From: Pseudogymnoascus verrucosus
Lineage: Eukaryota
Length of the DNA: 64,000 nucleotides
NCBI GenBank assembly: GCA_001662655.1
Contig: KV460222.1
Direction: 5' to 3' (one strand)
This document shows, piece after piece, positions 1 through 12,572 of the stretch. A program made the translations under genes and the position numbers. The notes under the pieces are model-generated. The model had not been told where the DNA came from. It worked only from the letters and a program-made list of their open reading frames with translations, and ran no database searches. Within the stretch, counting starts at the first letter, position 1, and each line of letters starts with the position of its first letter.

Positions 1-639
1 CCTCCATCAGTGGCCACGCTCAGCCAGTTCGCGCCCGCCCAGGGAGAGGCATATGTTAGCGCTAGGTCTCCGGGGAGATGGTGCGCGACGAGTATGATGC
101 GCGCGCTTGGGGAGCGCTTTTGGAGGGTTAGGGCTGTGGTGAGGCCGATGACTCCTCCGCCGAGGATGATATAGGCTAGTATTGTCAGATTTGGCTGTTT
201 GAATGACTGTGAGGGGATTGTGAGAGGGCGTACTTGGTTGAGCCATAGCTGCGGGGATGGCGAGGCTGCGGTTTTTTACGAATCGGAATTGATTATTTTT
301 CGGCTGGGTGGGATGATAATGGGTAGTTTCTGTAGTCTGCTGATATATTAAGAAATATTTATCTGATAAAAGAAGTATGAGCAAGAAGTATGATTAAGTA
401 TAAAAGTTCTAGTCTCCGAAATCGCTGTGGTATTGCCGTCGTAGATGCCTATCTGCCCCTCATTCAGCCTTGTCTCGGTAAAGGGGAGATATTGGTTCTC
501 CACCAAGATTATTGGACATATCGAGATAGTGCGCCACTTTTACAGGATAATATTGATTGGGAAGCAGTGAGGTCGTGTGATGTTTTGGAAGGGTGGAGTG
601 AGGCTGAGATAGACGTGAGCGGCTGTTTATACTTTACTC

Positions 640-1095
640 ATGGACATGAGAATCGAGATCATACGAGTCAGTATGGAAGAGGAGCGAGCCACCCTCAAAA
701 CCTCCATCAACGGTGCCGCGACGGCAGAGGCATTATCAGAGTTTATGGGAAAGCTGTCGGACGCCACGGCACAGGAGAATCCAGAGACACGATGGAGCCA
801 ACTTCATTGCTCCTTCCGTCCTTGTCTTTGGCCCTTCCTGTGCCGCTCCTTTCTGTCGTCAGTGCTCCTTCCTGTCGTCGCGCCTTCCTGTCGCTGCTCC
901 TTCCTGCCGCCATCGTTCCTTCCTACCATCGTACCTTCCTGCCGCCGTTGCTCCTTCCTAATGCGAACCTTCCAGCCATGGTTTGCTCCTTCCCGGTCCT
1001 CCTACCCGCAGCCTCTATTCCGCTTGACATCTGCTAAACAGCCACTACCATCACAAGGCAGTCCTTCGCCTATTCGCACAGCAGCTTGTATCTAG
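640..1095 (+). CDS. Possible orphan ORF (151 aa); 3' half runs through a motif repeat, so coding status is doubtful
   Basis: N-terminal ~55 aa look helical and protein-like (MDMRIEIIRVSMEEERATLK...); the rest translates the CCTTCC repeat cluster. Confidence 0.25.
   Translation: MDMRIEIIRVSMEEERATLKTSINGAATAEALSEFMGKLSDATAQENPETRWSQLHCSFRPCLWPFLCRSFLSSVLLPVVAPSCRCSFLPPSFLPTIVPSCRRCSFLMRTFQPWFAPSRSSYPQPLFRLTSAKQPLPSQGSPSPIRTAACI
805..995 (+). repeat. Cluster of ~11 direct copies of a GCTCCTTCC/TCGTWCCTTCC motif spaced 15-21 nt
   Basis: CCTTCC-type cores at ~812, 833, 848, 867, 883, 899, 918, 934, 953, 968, 988. Confidence 0.8.
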
Positions 1096-1314
1096 TGTCC
1101 TTCCCACTTCTATGGCATGTATATCAATGGACTTTGTTGTCATTGGCGTATAGACTCTTCGTTGCTCTCGTTACGAACCTCCCGCTCATTCAACTTGCCC
1201 CGCACGTGTATATTCATATTTATATTATAATAACTAGCATCTAGCACCCCACCTGACCCCCTCCGCAACAACTCCCCTTGAACACCCTATGTTAACACGG
1301 TACCACCCTGCCCT

Positions 1315-4300
1315 TCACCTCGCACTCCCCAACGCCGCCAACAACTCCCCAAACCTCTCCGCAGCTCCCCACGCACAACTCGGCATCCTCTCCCCCACCC
1401 CCCCTACACCATGATTATCATGAGTAGACAACAACTTAATCCCCTCTCTCAGAATCTTCCTCCCGGACCCCTTCATGCTAATATCCCCAATCCTCGCCAT
1501 ATAGGGCGTCATCTTCTCCCCAAACCTCACAAAGAGCTGCACGATCTCGTCGTCGCAGGGCCGGTCTAGCTGTATCAGAGACGTCTCGTGGCACTCGAGG
1601 TGGTCTAGCGCGCCGGCGATTTGTGCGTGTAGGGATGGGGGGTTGGGGAAGTAGCTGGAGATGCTGTGGTGGCGTTCGGAGTTGGCGCGCATGGCGAGGT
1701 CTTGGGTGTGGTGTGAGGCGTCGTGGGAGGCCCCGGCGTCGGCGGACCTGTGGGACTCGTAGGTTACCGTGTTGGGCGTGGAGCTGGCGAGTAGCTTAGC
1801 TGCTGAAGTAGAGACGCTGTAGGCCCAGAGCACGAGGGTGGCGAGATAGTTGGCGAATGGTTCTATGACGGCACCGCAGCTGTATCGGCGCAGATACCAG
1901 AAGACGGAGCCGGCGTGGATTATCGCCAGACGCGCCTTATATTGATCATGCAAAACCCACTTGTGCACGGAATTCTGCAAGTCTTGTTCTTGCGTAGTAG
2001 CGTCGAGGAACGATTCGGAGTGGCTCTGTGTTTCCTGGCGAAGCTTTACCCTCGCCAGCTCTTGAAGGTCGGATACAGGGGCTAGCAATATGAGACGCGC
2101 AAGATGAAGGTGTAAGATTGTAGGGTGTTCAAGGCCAGATGCCTGCAGGATTCGACTTTTGGCTGACCAGTGGAGAACGTCAAGGCAGTCGCAACTCCCG
2201 TTAGTCCATCTCGAAACCACAGAGCTGGTTAATGGCATTGTTGTTTTCTCCGATGTGACCCCGTGATGGGATTCGCTCAATGCCGTTGGAACCCAGTCCG
2301 ATAGAATATCGCTTTGATATCTTGCGACTTCCCAAACTCGACGGTACATGCCGTGAATCAGTAGAATTCTGCTTAGTTCACCAAGATTTGACACAAGTCT
2401 CTTTTCAGTATAGAGAACATCGAGTGCGAGACAAAGAGATGGAGGCCCTATAAAGACAAAATGGATCAGTCTCGGTGATGAAGAAGAGCAAAAGGAGTAT
2501 ATGAGAAGACTAACCGCCATTGAGGATGAGAAGTGGTGCTTTGTTAAGCATCGGCTCGTCCCAGATTTGTTCTGGACATGGTAAGGGCGCCTTGCCATCC
2601 AATAGATCCATGTGTGTTCGAAAGTCAGATTCATAAGCCATCATACAATCCAACATCTATCAGAGTCAGTTAGAAGGTTGCAAATTGACAGGGCTTCAAG
2701 TGATCTTACCCAGACAAAATAACCTGCCCTGCATTTCAGTTCACCTTCGAGCCATTGTTGCAAGAATCTGTCTCCTTCCTCATCCGTTCCAAGACAAGCC
2801 TGCCAGCCATCGTAGTGGTTTGACGCCAGAAGCTTGTTTTCGATACACGTCGTCACGAGAATAGCTCGGCCCTCGCGGGCAAGACTCGACAGTTTCTGAT
2901 TTCCACTATGGAACATACCCAGGACATTCAAAATCCGAGCCTGTAAACGGGTAGGGCGCTGCGGATATCTCCTGAGTCCAAAAACCTCGGGAAACTCGCT
3001 AGGATTGTAATATGATGATGTGGCGATCTCCAACAACTTGTTGACCAATTCATGTAGAGACTCGCTACATTTTCGTGCGTAGGCCGTTCCTACATAACAC
3101 GCCCCAATGGCTGCTATGGCGAGTTCCAACACACACCCATCTCTGGTGTTCAAAAAGGAAGGCTTGTGCAAGAGGGGAAAGGACTCATGGAACCTGTCGA
3201 AATACAGCCCAGCGAATTCATTGAGCTCTTTCAGAGACGGGAAGGAGTCTGTGTAAGATAGAGATATATCTCTCCTGGACGTATACTTCAAATAGTCTAT
3301 CAGGGCAACGTATGACTCCTCGGCAATCCAGATCTGTTGATGAGTGTATCCAGCTAAATGCGTATGAATGTTTTCCAAAGTCGGGCTGAGAGGGCTGCTT
3401 CCCTGACCACCAAATAGCGGAAGGGGCGCCTGATTTGGCTGTCTGTGGTGAGATAGAAGGGGCGATTGTGCCGCATCTCCATCAGCATAGTACATTGAGG
3501 CATCGGATGGCGATCCGACTGTGGCTATCGACGGGATTCTCTCCAGTGAGAAGGGTTTGCTCCGACCTGAAGCCAACCCAATATTCCTTGAATTGGCATA
3601 CGACTCCATATATGACTCGTCGAAATGACCAGTCGATGCTGAACGCGGACTTGATTGTATATTTTGCCCTCGATGTCCGTTGCCAAAAGCATCCTGGGCG
3701 CTGACATTGGGAGACCTCGCTGATTGAAGTGAAGCGGCCCCAAAGGCCTGATCAATGTGGGAAAGGTCATTGGGGGGCAGCCAGTTGATCCTCGAGTAGT
3801 TATAAAGACTCCCGATATTGCCTTCGCTAACTTGAGGAACAAGCTGTGCTCCAGCCACAATGGTTGTCTCTGGGCTAATAATGCCTCGCGAAAGCAACCA
3901 ATCTCTAGTACTCATTGGGGAGTCCCCTGCCAGAAGGGTCTGGGCAGCACTTGGATCAACTGACGTAACTTCCGACCCGCTGGCATTCCATGATTGCCCG
4001 ACTGAGGTCGAGTTAGAAGCCGTTGGTATAAGGAGATTACTTGTCCAGTTGCTCTCTTTGGGAACCGATCCAAACACTCCGGTGCTTGATTCATTCTCCC
4101 AGGTGACAACAGCAGACTCATCCTCGTCTCGTTCTGTCATTATCTCATCACCCTGTCCAGCTTCTTCCGAGCTAGCTCGAGACGAGTCTACAGAGTCAGC
4201 CTCGATCGCAGATTCGCCGGGTTCACACGTACGAGTTCTCCTCGAGGGATATTCACACCGCAGATCCCGGCTTCTGCACCGTGGGCAGACAACTCCACGC

Positions 4301-4682
4301 AAACATCTCACTCGTGCGCTCGCGCAGGCAAAACAAGCCCGAGAATAGCGCCGCGTCTCGTCCGATGCGTTCACCTTCCGTTTCAGCTCATGGCTGGCTT
4401 GATGCCGCCTTAGAATGTCTCTATCATTTCGATTAGCAGGTTTCATCATACAGTAGTGTTGGCCACTTACTGTCTTGCGAATCGCTTCTTGCACTCAACA
4501 CAGGCGAAGGGCTTCTCAGATGAATGGGCGCGTTTATGTCGTCTCAGATGCTCTGAGCGGGTGAAGACCTTGTCGCAGATATCGCATTTTATATCTTGTA
4601 TCTTGGGGTCATCTGCACCACTGGCAGCACTTGGATATTGTGGTGACACCTGAACTCCTCCAACGGGATCACGTTCCGACAT
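1315..4682 (-). CDS. Transcription factor with two C2H2 fingers, a Zn(II)2Cys6 cluster and a fungal-specific TF domain; multi-exon
   Basis: [42 protein letters not shown] across intron 4421-4470; [12 protein letters not shown]5-CPRC-x6-[18 protein letters not shown]; further introns near 2657-2709 and ~2450-2514. Confidence 0.9.
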
Positions 4683-5454
4683 GGTTGGCGGGCGCAAAAT
4701 GGAACCCTAAGCCGCAAGTCCAACGGCCTGTGGTAGTCACAGATATATAGCTAGGAACCTTGCAAGCCGGGCATTGGGATTGGAATAGTTAACACGTCCA
4801 AGGATGCATCGGGGCTTTCGAAGCGCTATATTATGGCAGAGATGGCTCTCAAATGCTAAAGCCACATGGCAATGGAGAAGAGATTGAGAGAATTATGGCC
4901 TATAAGAGTTTGATTTCTCGACAAGGTATGCTGAGGGGTCCATACTTCGTGCCGTCCCTGCAAGGATAGAGTGCTCGTGGCGATTTAAATTTGAAAGTGG
5001 AGAGTAAAATGGAAATGGACTGGAATATGGGAAATGGAAATGGCGGGGTTAGCGTCGCAGTTGATTCGGTACTGGAAGGAAAGGGTCCGTCGTGCAGAAA
5101 ACCCCCGGAACCCCGCATATAGACGACTGGCGGATTGGCGACAGCGGCGATCATTTGTTCCTGGGGAAATTATCCGGTCTTATTAACCGGCCGTCACGGG
5201 CCGACCATAAAACGATCGACCAACGAGACAGAGAGAGGGCTGGAACATGCAAAGTATGTATAAGTAATAACTCGAGCAGATAAGTAAAGAGGAAGGTGCG
5301 TATGCGATATGATTCCTGAGTCTCGAGTATAGGTCGGTTGTATCTTCCGGCTTGAATGACCAGTGATACTCTTGCAAATAATATTGTCCACCGGCTGGAG
5401 GTAGCCGTTGCATGGTGGCCAGCACACCCCGATCCTGTCTCCTTTCAAGCTCAA

Positions 5455-5700
5455 GGTATGGAAAGAACGATTGTCAAGCAATGCATCAGTCGCAGCTTCC
5501 TCAAGAGCCTTTTAGCCCTAGAAATGGAAAGAACGATTACCAAGCAGTGCCTTATTCGCAGCTTCCTTAGATCATTCAGGTTATAGACATGGAAGGAACG
5601 ATTACCAGCAATTCCCCAGTCGCAGCTTCCTCAGGAGATTTCGAGTTCTAGATATGGAAGGAACGATTACCAGGCGATGCCTTGATCGCAGCTTCCTCTG
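5455..5700 (+). repeat. Tandem array of 4 ~65-bp units with dyad GGAARGAACG-N20/21-CGCAGCTTCC
   Basis: ATGGAARGAACGATT starts at 5458, 5524, 5589, 5654, each followed by TCGCAGCTTCCT. Confidence 0.95.
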
Positions 5701-5813
5701 GAGAATAACGGCTTGATACTAGCACGTCGTAACGTCAAATAGACGATGATATCAAGAGCTCTTTACATTAATATCATGTATCTATCCAAGGATAATCCGA
5801 TGCGCATGCAATG

Positions 5814-7968
5814 TCAGTGGCAACCTCCATTGTCGTTTTGCACCTGCGTCCCATCAGCCAAAGTATGCTTAGAAGAAGGATTCTGCACATTTGTAGGCAC
5901 ATCAATCGCCGGGTTACACGAAAAGAAATCCGCTGGCTTCAACATCAAACGTATCTTCTCCGTCGGCATGACAGGAAAATCTTCCACTCGAGGAATATGC
6001 GTCATCCCCATAGTCACCCAGACCACCAGATCCTCATTCCTCACACCCCCATCTCTCGCCACATAGCTAGAGATCCCATCAATCTCCTCATACGAATTCG
6101 TAGTCCATTTCCCCCCAGCCCAGAGATCCCCATCGCGGTATTTAGAGACCCAGAGGTGGTGCTGAGCGAACTTTGCCCTCCTCGCCACCACGGATGATGG
6201 GTGGGCGAGAAGCAGCTGCGAAGGTGGTGCGGCCACCTTGTATCCCACGGGATTCCCAGAGATTCCGTTGATTTTGCCCTCATTGACGATTTTGCACGTA
6301 CGATTTCGGAGAGGATCCGCGTCTTCGAAGCCGGACTTCTCTATATGTCTTTTCCGCACCTCCCATGCGTTTCCGTAGACGTTAGCTTCGTCGTCAAGGG
6401 GCAATGGGACAGCCTCCCTCATCCACTTGCACGGAGTTCAGGTGCCCGTCGATAGCTGGGTCAATTCGCACGCACATCATGTGCTGATGATTCTGAGCCA
6501 GGACGCGAGGAGCGACAACCGTTCCCCATCGCGACGACCCAGGGTCGATGGGACAAGTGGATAGGATTCCCGTCGCACCGATCTCATACGTGAGCCCGGC
6601 AGCTTGGTCGAATCTCCAAGCCATTATATAATCGTAGTTCCTCAGAGTCATTGTAGTCTGTATAACTAAGACGCGGGATCGAGCTGCCACAGCAGCCCCG
6701 GTCATTCCGTTTGTATGTTTCCACAAAGCCCCGTCGTCTTCTTCATGGAGACATATGGCATTGGGCATTGTAATCGCCTTCCCCTGCATATTATTAACAA
6801 TCCCATCAAAATAGTAAATACCTCTCAAATAATCACAACCTAACCGGAGGGCGTTCGCCACAGCCCCCGCACCCGCATCTCCTAGGTCGAAAGCCTGTTT
6901 GATGTGATACGGCGCGCGAGGGTCAGCATATGGCACCGTCATCTCGCTCATACTCAGGCGGTAGAACAGCGACCGGTTATCATACCGGATATCATGCAGC
7001 ACCATGCCCTCTCGAAAGTCGAAGCGCACGCGGAACCGCCACTTCTGCCATTCTACGAGCGAGCCATCCGTGACTGTGAAGCTCACTCCCTCGGGCTGGA
7101 CGATATGGAGAGGTCGTAGATCCTGACGAGGCTGCCGGAGCAGATCCGGATGGTAGTCATTGGGTTGGCATCCGTCTAGAGCGGTGCCGCTGGCCCAGTT
7201 TGGCGAAGCGCACGGCGAAGGTATGCGTTCGTTGGGAATCCCGTCTGCGGGCATGGGATCAATACGGACCACAGTCTTGTTCGCGACATCAACCACGTGT
7301 GACAATGGCAGGGGAAATGAGTACATCTTGCTCTCTGGATTGCTCCCCGCGGGACCCAGAGCGTACGCCCACCCCCGAAGGTACCTCAGGGGGTTAGGAC
7401 CAGTGTCTTTGTCCGCGCCATACAAGACTACATCGTATGACAAGTTCACGCCAGCGGGCAAGCCTAGCGAGGACACTGCGGTCGCCCATTCGGAGGAGCT
7501 GGCGACGATGGCGAAAACGGCCCTGTACTCGATTGGGTCGACAATCCCCTGATGAGGCTTGGGCACGGCGACATGAGAGGATTCCTGGGATGTGGTCAGG
7601 CACACCACGCTCGTATACATTTGTGCTTGGCCCTGGATGCAGTAGTGGACTTCGGCGCAGCGAGGAATGGCAATATCGTCACCGGGCTGAAGTGTATCCC
7701 CGTACTCGTTGTCTAGGTAGGGGATCATCGGACGCTTCGGTGCTTCGAGAAGCGTGATTATCTTAGTGACAATCAAGTCGGCCTCGACAAGATGGCGGAG
7801 GCTGGCATTCTGACGGACGATTTTGGCTGCGGTGACAATTTCGTGGGCAGTTAGAGAACTGAAGGGATGAGACCGACGAGTTGGCGGTGTTTTCACGGCG
7901 GTATCTGGAACCATAGTGCAGACGGACATGAGAAAAACTCGTATGAGTGTGTTTTTGCGTGACGGCAA
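5814..7968 (-). pseudogene. Copper amine oxidase (TPQ-dependent), frameshifted
   Basis: NYDY TPQ motif, HQH copper ligands, THIPRVEDFPVMP, WQKWRFRV; split into ORFs 6394-7968 and 5814-6422 by a 4-nt duplication at 6413-6420. True start may be a downstream Met. Confidence 0.85.
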
Positions 7969-8914
7969 AGGGCAGGAAGTCCAACTTAAATGGACAATAT
8001 CTCAACCACACAACCCCTAGTTAACAGAAAAAATGCACACTATCATCAGCATTGCATTACATCTACCGACGGACAGTAGTACAGCCAACGCTACACAGTC
8101 TCATATAAGTAGTGCAAGACAGTTCAGGGACGAGCTTAATATCCATGCCTTTGCTTCTCCCCTGGCGCTTCCTGCCTATTCTCCCCCGGTCCAATGAAGG
8201 ACGACATAAGTGCAATTTATCTATTCTCGTCAGTTTTGTGTATCTCAAACTAGATCTCGGATCAGCATCATAGCTACCATGTAAATGCCACCGGGTGTAA
8301 CAGTAGGACTACCGCCCTAGCATGCACATCAACTTTGAGTATACCGAAGGATATGCTCGCCATAAGGATATCGTCCCATCGGGATGGTGTTAGTATGAGA
8401 AGGGGGTGGGGTCAAGGGCAGAGCTCTCTTCTGTTCACTTGATGGATAATGGCAATGTAAGTGATAAGATATGTCGATCAAATTTAAGTTTAAATTCAAA
8501 TCCATACTAGTAAAGTCAGTAGCTGCAATCTGAACTGGTTAAATAGCTGATGTATATTTCGCAATTGCTGGTGAGTTTGAGGTGAATTCAGTAGGAAGCA
8601 AGTTACCTAAAGTAGTTAGCCCGTCAATCTATACCTATGTCACGTGCCGCGCTCCACTCAAGCTCCAGTGACGCGCCGCGCATTAAGAGCTGGTCGCGAA
8701 ATGCACGGCGTCATCCATTGCCTCCACCTCCAACCTCCAAACAGGGCCTCTTAACCACCTCCAACAACCCAATCCACCACTCAATCGACCCCAGCGCGCA
8801 CCTCACCTCGATCTACAATCCCAAAACAACACCACCACCAAACCAATTGACCACACAATAACCACACCCACCTCACCTGACAATCACCGCGCGCACCACC
8901 CCACAACCGCCACC

Positions 8915-10292
8915 ATGGCCTCCACCGGCATCAGCACCCCCGCCTCCGAAGGCGGAACCCCTCACTACAACGAGACCGAAGCGCACAACACCACCCTCGT
9001 GACCCTCGCCGACCTCAGCGCAAAAGGCACAAGCCACTACGCCCAGCGCCAGTACGGCGAGGCGGCCGACCTATTCGCTCGCGCCGCCGAGCTGCAGGCC
9101 GAGTTGAATGGCGAGATGGACCCTGCGAATGCGGAAGTGCTGTTCCTGTACGGACGCAGCTTGTTCAGGGTCGGGCAGAGCAAAAGCGATGTCCTGGGCG
9201 GCAGGGCGGGGGGGGAGAAGAAGAAGAAGGATGTGAAGCCGAAGAAGGAGGAGGGTGGGGCGGGGTTGGCGGTTATTGCTGAGGGGGCGGAGAAGGCGGA
9301 GGAGAAGGCGGAGGAGGCGGTGGAGAAGAAACCGCTGTTTCAGTTTACGGGGGATGAGAACTTTGAGGACTCGGATGACGATGAGGATGCTGAGGCGGAG
9401 GAGGAGGAGGAGGATGATGAGCTCGCTACTGCGTTTGAGGTTCTTGATCTGGCGCGTGTGCTGTTTACGCGTCGTCTTGAGGAAGTCGCTGCTGCTCCTG
9501 CTGAAGACGCGGGGAAGGGCAAGGAGGCGGATACGGGCGATAGCTCGTTGACAAGACACGTTAAGGAGCGCATTGCTGATACGCACGATCTGCTCGCTGA
9601 GATCGCGCTGGAGAGCGAGCGCTTCCCGAGCGCCGTGGCGGATTTCAAGGCCGCGCTGGGCTTGAAGAAGGAGTTGTACGAGAAGGCATCGGAGATCATC
9701 GCTGAGGCGCATTATAAGCTCAGTTTGGCGCTGGAGTTTGCGAGTATGACGACTACGGGGGAGGAGGGAGACGAAGCTCCGGCTGCGGCTAAGGAGGGAG
9801 TGGTGGATGAGGAGATGAGGGGGGAGGCTGCCGATGAGATGCAGAGCGCGATTGAGAGTACAAAACTCAAGCTGGCAGCGAGAGAGGCCGAGGAGGAGCA
9901 GACGGATGAGACAGCGAAGCAGATTAAGGATGTCAAGGAGATTGTGGCGGAGATGGAGCAGAGGGTATATTTTTCCGATTCACTATACAGCTATCTAGAC
10001 ACCAACTAACACTCTTCCACAGCTCACCGACCTCCGCGCACCCCCCATCGACATCAGCGCCGCCCTCAACGGGCCCCCCGGCGCCGGCTCATCCGGCGTA
10101 ATCGGTTCGATGCTCGGCGAGACGGCAGCACAGACAGCACAGCGCGTTGAGGAGGCCAAGAAAGGCGCAACCGATCTGTCGGGGATGGTGAGGAAGAAGG
10201 AGAAGAAGGAGGTGAATGGGAACGGCAAGAGAAGCGCCGAGGAGGCAGGCGAGGGGAATGGAGAGGGTGGGAAGAAGCCTAAGGTCGAGTGA
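8915..10292 (+). CDS. NASP/Hif1/Sim3-family histone chaperone (SHNi-TPR)
   Basis: LFLYGRSLF, acidic insert, AFEVLDLAR, DTHDLLAEIALESERF, AEAHYKLSLALE; intron 9965-10022 keeps frame; C-terminal basic NLS-like tail. Confidence 0.9.
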
Positions 10293-12572
10293 GTGACGTG
10301 ACCTGGGTGTAGGAGTATTGTAGCATATGGGCGTTTGATGGAGGGGGGGGGGATATTTTCGATTTTCGGGGGGTTATCAATCAATTGGAGACGAAAAGTC
10401 AAGGCTGCGGATGGGCGGCACGACATCATATCGCTGTAGCTAGATACTCGATCTAGCTATCTTATCACAACACAATGCGAACTGTGAGTTAAGTCAAACA
10501 GTTCGCCTCTCCTATCGGCGAGATGGATATATCAGCGGCGTGCTCTGCCTCGGTGTGGTGGCTTGTGATGCAGCTTTCAGACACACAGGTGAGACAAGAC
10601 AGGAGACAGCTGAGCCGCATGGCGCTTCTCACCGGCTGGCTGGCTAGAGCACTTGCTGATGCTGTGCATGTATTTGATTATATGCACGATACCCTATCCA
10701 ACCCTATCCATCCTCTTGAAACTTGTATCGAGAAGAGCGGGAGGAGCGCGGGACAGGCAGCAGCGGCAGGATGCCCACACCACCACGGAATAGACGATTT
10801 AGCCTTGCCAATCGCCCAGCTTATCTCGTGCATTAGACCAATCCCCAATTCACAATTCACGGCGCCGCGCTGTATCGCCTGTGTGTGGTCCTAGGCGGCA
10901 GTCGGTAGTGAGTTCCCCGGTCTGACCGGTGGAAGCCGTGCCGTTTCCAGGTGGCTGGTCGGTGGGTGTGGATGGTACTATATTGGAGGCGTGGTAGATA
11001 TCTCCGTATGTATGTATGTGTAATATAATATTATATTATATTACGTGTATACGATAGATCGGTTTTGTTGGGATATACAGTATAGTGAATCTAAAGGAGG
11101 TCTGAAGGCGGTGAGGAAGGTTGTTGTGGGCTGTACTGTACTATTGTGCACACTCACTCTCAGTAACGAAGTTAACCCCGCCACCTCACCATCCCATCAT
11201 CTCACCCATGAGGCTCTTTTCTCTTTGGAATACGCCCTCACTGTCGCCGAACATATGTGGGCGTGATTCACCATACTGAGTATATACACTCGAACACAGA
11301 GCACAGGGGCGGGACACACAGGCAGACGTGGAGACATGCAGATGAAAGGCAGTCATACACACAGAGGATAGAGATATATACACAGAGACAAGCAGACATA
11401 TACACATACATACATGCGTTCATGCATTCCCAGACCGGGTTTCTGATGCACGATACTCAACTCGAGATCCGATTCTTCACACTTGATACTTGACTGACCC
11501 TCAAAACTCGACATACACCACGCGCGCAAGGCTGCGTCAAGGCCAAGCCGGAACTGCGAGTCCTACCCGTTGATCGTTGATCGTTGATTCTCCACACCGG
11601 ATCGCCACGGCCAGGTGCGTCATCAGCCCTGCGACAGAAGGCAAAACTAGTATGCAGACCGGGTGGCTGGTGAGAGGTTGATTGGGTGATTGGGTGAGTT
11701 GAGGTTTCCCTTGAGTAGCTGAGTGGATAGAGGATAACTGACCAAGAGCGCCCAGGCATCGAGTACGACGAGTACATGGGCTCTTCCCGGTTCCCTTGAG
11801 GGGCCAGCTGATGACTTGCACCGCATCGACGGCTGTGGCACTGTGGACTTTCCATTGTTTGGGTGGATTGATTATTCACCTGCCGAACACACTGCAGCAG
11901 AGCACTAGAGTACTACTACTGGTGCTGACGGCGGCGATTTGTTTCGTCGTTCATACTCTCTCTCTGTCATTCATACATATCTTCATCTCCACCTCTGGAT
12001 CCAGCTCGTCTTCACCATCCCTATTGCTGCCAGTGGAGACGGCGTCATCTTTGTGCCTTACGTCGTTTCACCCGTTGCCTTGCTGACATACATCATCTTT
12101 GCTCTACTATCTCACTGCATCACTGTTCCAGCCCTCTCCGAATCAAGTCTCACGGCTCCTCGCCAAATTGCCACATCCTTGTCTATCTCTCACTGCACCC
12201 CGCCACTCCTTCCCACACCAAAGACGAGGACAGACGACCAAGGACGGACAGACAGAGACCCAGCCAAGGCTCTGTCTGACCAGGTAAAATCCTCCATTTT
12301 CTCGTCGTCGTCCTCCTCCTCTCCGCATACATATACACACATCTGTCAACAAAGCCCCGCTATCTTGACCTCGTTTCCTTCTTCCACCCTTCCAGAATTC
12401 CCGCACTGGGGCTGAGCCGGCATTCCAGGATCCACTTAAACATCCTTGCAGGAATTCCACCCCACCATCATCACCGTCATCTCTCATTCCCCTCCTCTTC
12501 ACATTCTCACCTCTTCATTTCCTCATCTCCTCATCACAACACCGACATCTCACAGTCATACCCACCACAGCC

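Noticed and set aside
7..384. 125-aa ORF at the window start
   Set aside because: No recognisable domain and cannot be judged at the edge
5356..5700. 65-bp arrays as ankyrin-like or other protein repeats
   Set aside because: Periods of 64-66 nt shift frame between units and stops intervene
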